Shown here: in pieces, positions 42,639 through 51,417 of the stretch
Position numbering within the stretch: the stretch's first letter is position 1
How the letters are laid out: each line of letters begins with the position of its first letter
DNA from: an uncultured Burkholderiales bacterium
Lineage (GTDB): Bacteria; Pseudomonadota; Gammaproteobacteria; Burkholderiales; SCOH01
Direction: 5' to 3'
NCBI GenBank assembly: GCA_964495595.1
Contig: CAZBWH010000001.1
Location: forward strand, 2,950 to 66,949
Length of the DNA: 64,000 bases
The notes under the pieces: generated by a model
What the model was told of the DNA's origin: nothing
The model's input: the letters and a program-made list of their open reading frames with translations, nothing else
The model's database searches: none
Translations under genes and position numbers: made by a program

Positions 42639-43409
42639 ATGCGCCAGCCCCGTCACGACCGTATCGTTGAGCTCATCAAGCAGCACGGCTACATGTCGAT
42701 CGACGCGCTGGCCCGCGAACTGGATGTCACGCCGCAAACCATCCGCCGCGACATCAACATGCTGGCCGAAGAGGACATCCTGCGCCGCTACCACGGTGGC
42801 GCCGGACTGGGCAGCACCAGTGTGCAGAACGAAGACTATCTCAAACGCAAAAACTGGAACCAGCAGGAAAAAGACCGCATTGCCTCGCTGGTGGCCGAGC
42901 ACATTCCGGACAATTCATCGCTGTTCATGAACATCGGCACCACGGTCGAATCGGTTGCCCGTGCCCTGCTCAACCACAGCGGGCTGAAAATCATTACCAA
43001 CAATCTGAACGTGGCGTCGATCTTTTCCGGACGGGAAGAATTTGAAGTCACCATCGCCGGCGGCACCGTGCGCCAGCGCGACGGGGGCATTATTGGCGAG
43101 GCAACCATCGACTTCATCCGCCAGTTCAAGGTGGATTACGCGGTGATGGGTATCTCCGGCATCGACGAAGACGGCACCCTGCTGGATTTCGATTACCGTG
43201 AAGTGCGCGTGGCCCAGGCCATGATTGAACATGCGCGCAAAATTTATCTGGTGGCCGACCACAGCAAGATCGGCCGCAATGCCGTGGTACGGCTGGGGCA
43301 CATCAGCCAGGTCAGTGCGATGTTCACCGACATTCCGCTGCCCGAATCACTGCAGCAGCAGGCCGAGCAGGCTGGCTTGCAGGTTTACCTGGCCGGCACC
43401 GCCGACTGA
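42639..43409 (+). CDS. glpR: DeoR-family glycerol-3-phosphate regulon repressor
   Basis: N-terminal [39 protein letters not shown] plus a DeoR C-domain. Confidence 0.85.
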   Translation: MRQPRHDRIVELIKQHGYMSIDALARELDVTPQTIRRDINMLAEEDILRRYHGGAGLGSTSVQNEDYLKRKNWNQQEKDRIASLVAEHIPDNSSLFMNIGTTVESVARALLNHSGLKIITNNLNVASIFSGREEFEVTIAGGTVRQRDGGIIGEATIDFIRQFKVDYAVMGISGIDEDGTLLDFDYREVRVAQAMIEHARKIYLVADHSKIGRNAVVRLGHISQVSAMFTDIPLPESLQQQAEQAGLQVYLAGTAD

Positions 43410-44056
43410 CCCGCCGCCAGCGCCAGGATTTCTGCCTCCAGCCGGCCATTGGCCGCACACCGGGTGGGTGCATTGGCAAACGCCGCCCGCTCCCCCCCGG
43501 CAAACACCAGCTCGTCACGGGTGCGGATCGGCGGTACGCCTTCTGCCACGGCCAGCTGGCTGCGCGTCAACCGATAGCGCACGGCCAGCGTGATCTCGGT
43601 CTGCGCCGCTGCAACCGGCTGCCACTGCAGGCTGGCCTGCGCAGCCAGTTCCAGCTGACGGGTCACCCCGTACAGCTTGCCCTTGAGCGGCAAACGGTAA
43701 CGATGCATCGCCTGCGCGGCGGGAAAACGGCTCTCGGCCAACCCGTTGCCAGCCGGCACGGTTACCATGCCGCAATCGACGTAGCGCTGCGGATCGGCCT
43801 GCAGTGACACCACCAGACCCGCTGCAGAGTCCTGCTCGATCCGGAATCCCTGCGCCTTCAACCGCCGCAGCAGCCGTTCGCGCACGGCAGCAGGATCACC
43901 CGACACCCGCCGCGCATCCGGCACCGCAACCACCGCCCCTGCGGCCACGGCCGGAGCAGGGGCAGCGGGCGATGCGGATGGCCCGACACCGGCACACGCC
44001 GCCAGCCAGCTGGCCAGCGTCACCGCCAGCCCGGTTTTGATCTTGCACCACACCAT
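43385..44056 (-). CDS. hypothetical lipoprotein
   Basis: Lipobox LAAC. RBS AAGGAGG precedes the ATG at 44056. The 3' end overlaps the glpR 3' end by 25 nt (convergent). Confidence 0.55.
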   Translation of the reverse strand: MVWCKIKTGLAVTLASWLAACAGVGPSASPAAPAPAVAAGAVVAVPDARRVSGDPAAVRERLLRRLKAQGFRIEQDSAAGLVVSLQADPQRYVDCGMVTVPAGNGLAESRFPAAQAMHRYRLPLKGKLYGVTRQLELAAQASLQWQPVAAAQTEITLAVRYRLTRSQLAVAEGVPPIRTRDELVFAGGERAAFANAPTRCAANGRLEAEILALAAGQSAVPAR

Positions 44057-44256
44057 CCGGCCCTCCTTGTCTGGGCGCGCATTGTGCGCCACCAGCGGCC
44101 AAATGAAAACCGCAGGCCTGGCCGCCGGCAGGCGCCAGCACGATAAATACCCGGAGCACAGCCCATCGGCCAACACGCCGCGAGCCCTGATTTTGCCTAC
44201 AATACAGCCAACATTGCGCGCTGCCGTGCATGATTCCACTTACTGAGGAGACCGCC

Positions 44257-45282
44257 GTGGGTTTGTTTGATTTCATCAAGAAGCAGTTTGTCGATGTCAT
44301 TCACTGGACCGAAGAGACAGACGGCGTACTGGTCAGCCGCTATCCGATGCAGGACTTCGAAATCCAGTACGGCGCCCAGCTCACCGTGCGCGATTCGCAG
44401 CTGGCGATGTTCGTCGATCAGGGCAAGGTGGCCGACGTCTTTGTTCCGGGCGGCCCGTACACGCTGAACACGCAAACGCTGCCACTGCTGACCAACCTGA
44501 AAAACTGGGACAAGCTGTTCGAATCGCCGTTCAAGTCGGATGTGTATTTCTTCAGCACCCGGCTGCAGCTGGATCGCAAATGGGGCACACCCAACCCGAT
44601 CACCATCCGCGACAAGGATTTCGGCATTGTCCGGCTGCGCGCCTTTGGTATTTACAGCTACCGCATCAGCGACCCGGTGAAGTTTTACAAGGAAGTATCC
44701 GGCACCCGCGAAACCTACACCGTCGAAGAGCTGGACGGCCAGCTGCGCGCCCTGGTGATCAGCGGCATGACCGATCTGTTCGCCCAGTCCGGCGTACCAT
44801 TCCTCGACATGGCGGCCAATCAGGATGAGCTGGGCAGCCAGTTGAAAGCCAAGCTGACTGAACAATTCGCCCGCTACGGGCTGGAGCTCGACCAGTTCAA
44901 CGTACAGAACGTGTCGCTGCCGGAAGATCTGCAGAAAGTGCTCGATCAACGCATCGGCATGAATATCGCCGGCGATCTGAACAAGCTGACCCAATACAAC
45001 GTCGCGCAAAGCATTCCGATCGCCGCAGCCAACGAAGGCGGCGCGGCCGGGGTGGGTGCCGGACTGGGCGCCGGGGTAGCAATGGGGCAAGCGATGATGG
45101 GCGCCCTCTCGCAGGCAATGACGCCGGCTGCAGCCCCTGCGGCATCCCCCGCCGTGACCGCTGCACCGGCCGAAGACCCGCTGGCGCTGATCGAGAAGCT
45201 GCATGGACTGATGGAAAAAGGCATTCTGTCGGCAGAAGAATTTGCCGCCAAGAAAGCCGAATTGCTCAAGAAACTGATGTAA
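44257..45282 (+). CDS. SPFH/Band-7 domain protein with C-terminal SHOCT-like helix pair
   Basis: GLFDFIKKQF start (GTG with RBS GAGGAG) as in COG4260-type SPFH proteins. C-terminus GILSAEEFAAKKAELLKKL is SHOCT-like. Confidence 0.75.
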   Translation: MGLFDFIKKQFVDVIHWTEETDGVLVSRYPMQDFEIQYGAQLTVRDSQLAMFVDQGKVADVFVPGGPYTLNTQTLPLLTNLKNWDKLFESPFKSDVYFFSTRLQLDRKWGTPNPITIRDKDFGIVRLRAFGIYSYRISDPVKFYKEVSGTRETYTVEELDGQLRALVISGMTDLFAQSGVPFLDMAANQDELGSQLKAKLTEQFARYGLELDQFNVQNVSLPEDLQKVLDQRIGMNIAGDLNKLTQYNVAQSIPIAAANEGGAAGVGAGLGAGVAMGQAMMGALSQAMTPAAAPAASPAVTAAPAEDPLALIEKLHGLMEKGILSAEEFAAKKAELLKKLM

Positions 45283-45297
45283 ACCCGCACCCTCTCC

Positions 45298-47199
45298 GTG
45301 AAAACTGCCAACTGCCCATCCTGCGGTGCGCCGGTCGAATTTCATTCGGCGCACTCGGTCATGGCCGTGTGCTCGTTCTGCCAGAGCACACTGGTTCGCC
45401 ATGATGTAAACATCGAAGACATCGGCAAGATGGCCGCGCTGGCCATTGACGCCAGCCCAATCCGCCGTGGCATGGTCGGCCGCTACCGGGGTACCGCCTT
45501 CGCGGTGATTGGCCGGATACAGCAGCAATACCCGGACGGCTACTGGAATGAATGGTTCCTGCTGTTTGACGATCAGCGAGAAGGCTGGCTATCCGAGGGA
45601 TCGGGCCAGTTTTATCTGACCTTCCCGGCTGAGAACAAAACCGTACTGCCGCCGTTTTCCCAGCTCCGGGTTGACATGCAGCTCAAGCTGAACGGCCAGT
45701 TTTTTACCGTCACCAATCTGGAAACCGCCCGCTGCGTGGCCGGCGAGGGTGAGTTGCCGTTCCGGGTCGGTGCCGGATTCGAATCGCCTGCCGCCGATCT
45801 GCGCAACAGCCAGTCGTTTGCCAGCATTGATTACAGCGATGACCCGCCCCGGTTGTATCTGGGCGAAACAGTCGAATTGAAATCACTGCAGCTCGACGCC
45901 AGCGGTGCCGCGGCAGTCGAACCAGCCAGGGTCACTGATCTGTCAGCCTTTCAGTGCCCCAGCTGCGCCGCACCACTGGCAACCCACAGCAAGGATATCC
46001 AGACGGTCGCCTGCGGCAGCTGCGGTGCCGTCATCGACACCAGCAACCGCAACCTGGACATCCTGTCCAGAGTACGGTCGGCCGAAAAAATCCAGCCGGC
46101 CCTGCCGCTGGGCAGCCAGGGCCGGCTGCGCGGCGACAACTACACCGTCATCGGCTTTTTGCGCCGCAAAACAGTCATCGAGGGCCTCACCTACGACTGG
46201 GATGAATACCTGCTCTACAGCGACAAAGAGGGGTTTCGCTGGCTCACGGAATCAGACGGCCACTGGAATCTGGCCAAAGGCCTGTCCGGCCTGCCACGGG
46301 TCAGCCAGGGCAGCCACCCCAGCGTCAGCTACCTGGGCACCGACTACCCACACTTCCAGACCTGCACGGCTGCCATCAGCTATGTAGTCGGCGAGTTTTA
46401 CTGGAAAGTGAAACAAGGCGACAGCGCCGAGTGTTCGGACTTTGTCGCCCCGCCACTAATGCTATCCCGCGAGCGCACCGAACGGGAGATCGCCTGGAGC
46501 ATTGCCGAATACCTGCCCAAAGCCGACATCGAAGCCGCCTTCAAGGTCAGCCTGCCCGACCCCATCGGCATCGCCCCCAACCAGCCCAGCCCGCACGCCA
46601 GCACCGCCCCCTACTGGAAGCTGTTCTGGCTGCTGTCCGCGCTGGCACTGGTGCTGCAGATCAGCTTTGTCGCCGCAGCACGCAACCAGCGGGTACTGCA
46701 GCACACCCTGACCCTCGCCCCCAGCGAAACCGCCGGTAGCTGGACCAGCGAACCCTTTACCATTGACGGCCGGCGCAGCAATGTCGCCATCCGCGAAAAC
46801 GCCAACGTGCGCAATCACTGGGTGTATCTGGACATGGCGCTAATCAACACCACTACCGGCGACGTCCACAAACTCGGCCGTGAGGTCAGCTACTACTACG
46901 GATCGGACAGCGACGGCGCCTGGAGCGAAGGCAGTAACGAAGACGAAGCCTTCCTGACCGACATCCCCCCCGGCCGCTACGTGCTGGAGGTCGACGCCGA
47001 AACCGCAGGCAATCACCCCGACACCCTGTTTGCCAACATCGCCGTCTACCGCGACGTACCGGTATGGGCCAATTTCTGGGCGCTGGAACTGCTGCTGTTG
47101 TGCTTCCCACTGTTGGCGTGGTGGCGAAGCTGGCAGTACGAAGTCAAACGCTGGGCCGAATCCGACCACCCCAAAGTCACCAGCTCGGAGGACGACTGA
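45298..47199 (+). CDS. membrane protein with two Zn-ribbon/DUF4178-like modules
   Basis: CPSCGAP...CSFCQS and CPSCAAP...CGSCGAV each precede a DUF4178-like region. Two C-terminal TM helices flank a segment of about 150 aa. GTG start. Confidence 0.7.
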   Translation: MKTANCPSCGAPVEFHSAHSVMAVCSFCQSTLVRHDVNIEDIGKMAALAIDASPIRRGMVGRYRGTAFAVIGRIQQQYPDGYWNEWFLLFDDQREGWLSEGSGQFYLTFPAENKTVLPPFSQLRVDMQLKLNGQFFTVTNLETARCVAGEGELPFRVGAGFESPAADLRNSQSFASIDYSDDPPRLYLGETVELKSLQLDASGAAAVEPARVTDLSAFQCPSCAAPLATHSKDIQTVACGSCGAVIDTSNRNLDILSRVRSAEKIQPALPLGSQGRLRGDNYTVIGFLRRKTVIEGLTYDWDEYLLYSDKEGFRWLTESDGHWNLAKGLSGLPRVSQGSHPSVSYLGTDYPHFQTCTAAISYVVGEFYWKVKQGDSAECSDFVAPPLMLSRERTEREIAWSIAEYLPKADIEAAFKVSLPDPIGIAPNQPSPHASTAPYWKLFWLLSALALVLQISFVAAARNQRVLQHTLTLAPSETAGSWTSEPFTIDGRRSNVAIRENANVRNHWVYLDMALINTTTGDVHKLGREVSYYYGSDSDGAWSEGSNEDEAFLTDIPPGRYVLEVDAETAGNHPDTLFANIAVYRDVPVWANFWALELLLLCFPLLAWWRSWQYEVKRWAESDHPKVTSSEDD

Positions 47200-47342
47200 T
47201 GCAGCGCCTGTTCGCCATGATCGGCATCGCCGCCTTCTCGCTGTACTCGTGGGCCACATTCAACGGCAAATCGATTCTGGGCTCGGATGAACAGAGCCGC
47301 GAAAACAAGGGCAGCGGCTACGCCCGCAGCTATCACAAATAA
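47199..47342 (+). CDS. 47-aa single-TM peptide
   Basis: The ATG overlaps the upstream stop (TGATG). Has a hydrophobic N-terminus MQRLFAMIGIAAFSLYSWA and a polar tail. Ends 11 nt before the RBS and ATG of the next gene. Confidence 0.5.
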   Translation: MQRLFAMIGIAAFSLYSWATFNGKSILGSDEQSRENKGSGYARSYHK

Positions 47343-47353
47343 AGGAGCCACAC

Positions 47354-47572
47354 ATGCACGACATCCTCACCCCCAGCTATTTCATCAGCTCGCTACTGTA
47401 TTCGCTGCTGGGCGTAATAGTGTTCTGGGTCGCCTTCATCATCATCGACAAGCTCACCCCCTACGACCTCTGGAAAGGCATCGTCGAAGACAAGAACCAG
47501 GCACTGGCCACCGTCGTCGCAGCCATGTGCCTGGGGATCGCCATCATCGTCGCCGCCGCCATACACGGCTGA
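47354..47572 (+). CDS. DUF350 (YjfL-like) membrane protein
   Basis: 72 aa, 3 TM, IIDKLTPYDLWKGIVEDKNQALA motif. RBS AAAGGAG. Confidence 0.75.
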   Translation: MHDILTPSYFISSLLYSLLGVIVFWVAFIIIDKLTPYDLWKGIVEDKNQALATVVAAMCLGIAIIVAAAIHG

Positions 47573-47589
47573 GCCACCGCAACAGCCCT

Positions 47590-47662
47590 CCGGCCTGCAA
47601 GCCAATCCCAGAGCGGCGCGCAGGCCAGTCTGCAAGCCAATCCCAGAGCGGTCTGCAGCCCG
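47590..47662. repeat. REP-A intergenic repeat (two tandem CTGCAAGCCAATCCCAGAGCGG units)
   Basis: A 22-mer is repeated 31 nt apart. Confidence 0.75.
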
Positions 47663-47696
47663 ATGCCTTTTACACTCGCCTTCATCGTCCCGACCC

Positions 47697-49196
47697 ATGC
47701 GCTTCGCCCTGCTGTTTTCCGTCTTCGTGGTCGCCTCGTGCGGCCTGGCTTATGAACTGATCGCCGGCGCCCTCTCCAGCTATCTCATTGGCGACTCCGT
47801 CCTCCAGTTTTCCACCATCATCGGCGTCTACCTGTTTGCCATGGGCTGCGGATCGTACCTCTCCCGCTTCATCGTCCACGGCGTCGCCGCCCGCTTCGTC
47901 CAGATCGAACTGCTGGTCGGCCTCATCGGCGGCTACTCCGCCGCCACCCTGTTCTGGGTGTACGCCTTCCTCACTGCACCGTTCAAACTGGTTCTGTACG
48001 GACTCGTTTTCCTGATCGGCATGCTGGTCGGGCTGGAAATCCCCCTGGTCATGCGCCTGCTGGAAAAAAAAATCCAGTTCCGCGACCTGGTCTCGCAAGT
48101 GCTCACCTTCGACTACCTCGGCGCACTCGCCGTCTCGCTGCTGTTCCCCCTGCTGCTCGCCCCCCATCTCGGCATGATCCGCTCAGCCCTGCTGTTCGGC
48201 CTGCTCAACGCAGCCATCGCCCTGTGGACCATCTGGCTGTTCCGCGATCAGCTTCCCGAGCGCCGCGCCCTCACCGGGGTCGGATCAATCGTCCTCCTGG
48301 TCCTGGCCGGCGGCTTTGTCGGCTCAGACAAACTCACCCAGTTTGCCGAAACCAGCCTCTACCAGGACGACATCGTCCTCACCGAAACCACCCCCTACCA
48401 GCGCATCGTCCTCACCCGCTGGAAAGACGACTACCGCCTGTTTCTCAACGGCAACCTGCAGTTCTCCTCCCGCGACGAATACCGCTACCACGAAGCCCTG
48501 GTCCACCCCGGCCTCGCCAGCCTGCCGTGGGCCCGCCGCGTACTCGTACTTGGCGGCGGCGACGGCCTCGCCGTACGCGAAATCCTCAAATACCCGCAGA
48601 TCGAATCGATCACCCTGGTCGACCTCGACCCAAGCATGACCCGCATGTTCCGCGAAGTCCCCCTGCTGCGCCAGCTCAACCAGCACGCACTGCAATCCCC
48701 CAAGGTCCACATCGTCAACACCGACGCCTTCGCCTGGCTGGAACAACAACCGCACGTATTCGACTTCATCGTCGTCGACTTTCCCGACCCCACCAACTAC
48801 GCCGTCGGCAAACTCTACACCAACACCTTCTACCGCCTGCTGGAACGCCACCTCAACGCCCGCGGCCGCGCCGTCATCCAGGCCACCTCCCCGCTGTACG
48901 CCCGCCAATCGTACTGGACCGTCGTCAACACCATCGAAAGCATCGGCCTGCAAACCGCCCCCTACCACGCCCTCGTACCCGCATTCGGCGAATGGGGCTA
49001 CATCCTCGCCAGCCGCGAACCCTACCAGCCCCCCAACCGACTCCCCAACAACCTGCGCTTCATCACCGCCCCCCAACTCCCCACCCTGTTCAACTTCCCC
49101 CCCGACATGTCGCGCGTCGACAGCGAAATCAACCGGCTGAACAACCAGATCCTGGTCAGAACCTTTGAAGCAGAGTGGCGGCAGGTGATTCGGTGA
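47697..49196 (+). CDS. polyamine aminopropyltransferase (spermidine synthase-like) fused to an N-terminal ~7-TM domain
   Basis: About 200 aa of TM helices followed by VLVLGGGDGLAVREILKY, VDLDP and DFPDP motifs of SpeE. Confidence 0.8.
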   Translation: MRFALLFSVFVVASCGLAYELIAGALSSYLIGDSVLQFSTIIGVYLFAMGCGSYLSRFIVHGVAARFVQIELLVGLIGGYSAATLFWVYAFLTAPFKLVLYGLVFLIGMLVGLEIPLVMRLLEKKIQFRDLVSQVLTFDYLGALAVSLLFPLLLAPHLGMIRSALLFGLLNAAIALWTIWLFRDQLPERRALTGVGSIVLLVLAGGFVGSDKLTQFAETSLYQDDIVLTETTPYQRIVLTRWKDDYRLFLNGNLQFSSRDEYRYHEALVHPGLASLPWARRVLVLGGGDGLAVREILKYPQIESITLVDLDPSMTRMFREVPLLRQLNQHALQSPKVHIVNTDAFAWLEQQPHVFDFIVVDFPDPTNYAVGKLYTNTFYRLLERHLNARGRAVIQATSPLYARQSYWTVVNTIESIGLQTAPYHALVPAFGEWGYILASREPYQPPNRLPNNLRFITAPQLPTLFNFPPDMSRVDSEINRLNNQILVRTFEAEWRQVIR

Positions 49197-49212
49197 GGGA
49201 CAGAAAAAAGAA

Positions 49213-49232
49213 AACCCGCCTGACGGCGGGTT
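49213..49232 (-). terminator. hairpin AACCCGCC-TGAC-GGCGGGTT with a T-tract on the minus strand only
   Basis: 8-bp GC stem. On the minus strand it is followed by TTTTCTTTTTTCTG. It could also stall plus-strand transcripts. Confidence 0.5.
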
Positions 49233-49517
49233 GGATACAGAATCTTGCGATTCTTTATTGCAGCAACGGCTCTCACCCCGGAAAACTACAACACGACAAA
49301 GGCTAGCACAGGAAAAACCATGCAATAAGAAATTGAATACGATCTCGGACTGGATATCGGCTGAGAAATACAAAACACGCTTCGCTCTATATGAGCAAAA
49401 AATGCGGGGTGGCTCGTGAAAAAATCTAACCCTGCGCTCAAGCGGGACTGGCTTACAGCGGGCTTTCGCCCGCTTCCAGCCGCCCTTTACCTTCAATGTT
49501 AGAAAAGAGTTCACCCC

Positions 49518-49847
49518 ATGAGCAACAACGTTGCAAAAAATGCGAAAGATATTCTAGAAAGCCCTGAAAAACTTCTAGATTTCGCACAATTAAACCGAGT
49601 AACCACTGAAGCAGCCGAAGAAATACTAAGAAGACTTTCTGAAAAACCAGAAATTGCCGATGAATTCAAGAAATACATCTTCTCTGAAGATCGGAGCGAT
49701 GATTTCAAGGGCTATACAGCAGGTGAGGCAACGGGTTACCAACGTGGCCATGAGGCTGGCTTTGCAAAAGGTGCAATGCTCGGGGCTCTCGCCACTATTG
49801 GCACTCTAACTGCTGCCGGTCTTGCAATTTTGTTTAATAAAAAATAA
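49518..49847 (+). CDS. hypothetical 109-aa tail-anchored protein (AT-richer orphan)
   Basis: Clean ORF in visibly AT-richer DNA. Acidic helical N-part with a C-terminal TM (GAMLGALATIGTLTAAGLAILF). Followed by a hairpin. Confidence 0.45.
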   Translation: MSNNVAKNAKDILESPEKLLDFAQLNRVTTEAAEEILRRLSEKPEIADEFKKYIFSEDRSDDFKGYTAGEATGYQRGHEAGFAKGAMLGALATIGTLTAAGLAILFNKK

Positions 49848-49864
49848 GTTCTAACCCGGCAGCC

Positions 49865-49892
49865 AAGCGGGCTGGCCTACGGCCAGCCGCTT
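49865..49892 (+). terminator. hairpin AAGCGGGCTGGCC-TAC-GGCCAGCCGCTT
   Basis: 12-13-bp near-perfect stem 18 nt after the ORF stop. Weak T-tract (TAATTT). Confidence 0.4.
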
Positions 49893-49899
49893 AATTTGG

Positions 49900-50039
49900 C
49901 CGTTAGAGGCGCAGGGAGCAAGGAGGTCTCCCCCGAGGAGAGGGAACGGTTCCGGCTGCGCGCTGAGAATTTGCGGCTCAAGCGGGAGAACGAAATTCTG
50001 AAAAAAGCGACGGCGTACTTTGCCAGGGATGTCCTGTGA
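49900..50039 (+). mobile_element. IS3-family transposase OrfA C-terminal remnant
   Basis: Frame reads ...SPEERERFRLRAENLRLKRENEILKKATAYFARDVL*, the characteristic leucine-zipper end of IS3 OrfA. No N-terminal HTH, no orfB and no inverted repeats were seen. Confidence 0.6.
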
Positions 50040-50158
50040 AGTGCGCGGCTGAAAGCCTTGGCTTGGGAGAAAGTGATTTTGCCATCGCGTTTGACCCGGA
50101 CTTGGAGGCGGTAGGACAATGCTCCATCCGCATTTCTGCGCTTGGTGACCGTGGCCAT
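50040..50158 (-). pseudogene. tyrosine integrase N-terminal stub (~39 codons)
   Basis: MATVTKRRNADGALSYRLQVRVKRDGKITFSQAKAFSR resembles arm-binding N-termini of phage/island integrases. The reading frame then runs into the IS3 remnant. Confidence 0.45.
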
Positions 50159-50205
50159 TTTTTGGAGCAATTTTCAGCGCTGCACGTAGCACCGACAGCG
50201 CAAAA

Positions 50206-51270
50206 ATGGCAAAAATTCACCAGAAAACACCGACAATGCCTGAAGAAAAAATCGCAATAAAATCAATTACACAAGCCAATACAAGCACATTACCCAAGCG
50301 CACCCTCAGCATCGCGCCGATGCTGGACTGGACTGACCGTTTTTATCGCCAGTTTGCCCGCCAGATCACCCGCCACACCTGGCTGTACACCGAGATGGTG
50401 ACTACCGGGGCAGTGCTGCACGGCAACCGGGATCGTTTTCTGCGGTTTGATCCGTGTGAGCAGCCGATTGCCTTGCAGCTGGGCGGTAGCGATCCGGCTG
50501 CGTTGGCGCAGTGCGCGAAGATTGCCGAGCGATGGGGTTACGACGAGGTGAATCTCAACGTGGGCTGCCCCAGCGAACGGGTGCAGGAAGGCAGTTTTGG
50601 CGCTTGCCTGATGGCGGAGCCGCAGCTGGTGGCGGATTGTGTGCAGGCGATGCGCGATGGGGTGGCGATTCCGGTGACGGTGAAACACCGCATCGGTATC
50701 GATAAGATTGAGGAATACGACTATCTGCGCAACTTTGTCGATGTGGTGGCATCGGCCGGTTGTCAGACGTTTATCGTCCACGCCCGCAATGCGATCCTCA
50801 AGGGCCTGAGCCCGAAGCAGAACCGCGAAATCCCGCCGCTGAAATACGATTATGTGTACCGGCTGAAGCAGGAACGGCCGGACCTGCAGATCATTATCAA
50901 CGGCGGCATTACCACGCTGGAGCAGACCGATGAACACCTGCGCCATGTGGATGGGGTGATGATCGGCCGTGAGGCGTATCACAACCCTTACCTGCTGGCG
51001 GATGCCGACCGTCGCTATTACGGCGACGATCATCCGCAACCCTGCCGCGCCGAGGTGATCGAGGCGCTGATGCCGTTTGTGGAACAGGAGGTGAAAGACG
51101 GTGTGCCGCTGAAAATCATCACCCGCCACATTCTCGGCTTGTTTCAGGGAATGCGCGGCGCACGCTACTGGCGGCGGCAGTTATCCGATCATGTGTTGCT
51201 CAAGCCCAACAATCCGCAACTGATTGTGCAGACCTTGCAACAGATGCTGGCGCAGCAGGGCACGGAATAG
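50206..51270 (+). CDS. dusA: tRNA-dihydrouridine(20/20a) synthase
   Basis: SIAPMLDWTDRFYRQF...LQLGGSDPAALAQCAKIAE...NLNVGCPSERVQ closely parallels E. coli DusA. The first ~28 codons are AT-rich and non-conserved. Confidence 0.9.
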   Translation: MAKIHQKTPTMPEEKIAIKSITQANTSTLPKRTLSIAPMLDWTDRFYRQFARQITRHTWLYTEMVTTGAVLHGNRDRFLRFDPCEQPIALQLGGSDPAALAQCAKIAERWGYDEVNLNVGCPSERVQEGSFGACLMAEPQLVADCVQAMRDGVAIPVTVKHRIGIDKIEEYDYLRNFVDVVASAGCQTFIVHARNAILKGLSPKQNREIPPLKYDYVYRLKQERPDLQIIINGGITTLEQTDEHLRHVDGVMIGREAYHNPYLLADADRRYYGDDHPQPCRAEVIEALMPFVEQEVKDGVPLKIITRHILGLFQGMRGARYWRRQLSDHVLLKPNNPQLIVQTLQQMLAQQGTE

Positions 51271-51274
51271 GCAC

Positions 51275-51345
51275 CGGCCTGCGCACCGCTCTGGTAGCGG
51301 CTTGCAGGCCAGTCTGCAGGCCGCGCTGGTATTGGCTGTCAGGCC
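51275..51345. repeat. REP-A intergenic repeat
   Basis: CCGCTCTGGTAGCGGCTTGCAGGCC...GCGCTGGTATTGGCTGTCAGGCC. Confidence 0.7.
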
Positions 51346-51417
51346 ACCCTGCCAACAACACGACATGCTGCCCGAGTGCGGCATGGTTATGGGCGAACAC
51401 GGGCCGTCTGCCAGATA

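Noticed and set aside
48060-48077. A9 tract flanked by CTGGA/TCCAG inside the spermidine-synthase gene
   Set aside because: It encodes a plausible EKKIQ segment in frame. One A-run in a TM-linker region is weak evidence for slippage or regulation. It is noted but not considered significant without population data.
48224-49514. 314-aa (+) proline/arginine-rich ORF and 396-aa (-) ORF over the spermidine-synthase gene
   Set aside because: These are alternative and antisense frames of a gene with clear SpeE motifs, and their translations are low-complexity.
49236-49517. Searched the island scar and other gaps (51979-52237, 53480-53655) for tRNA or tmRNA genes that could be integration targets
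   Set aside because: No cloverleaf-compatible acceptor and T-arm pairing or GTTCRANYC box was recognised. Only short hairpins were seen.
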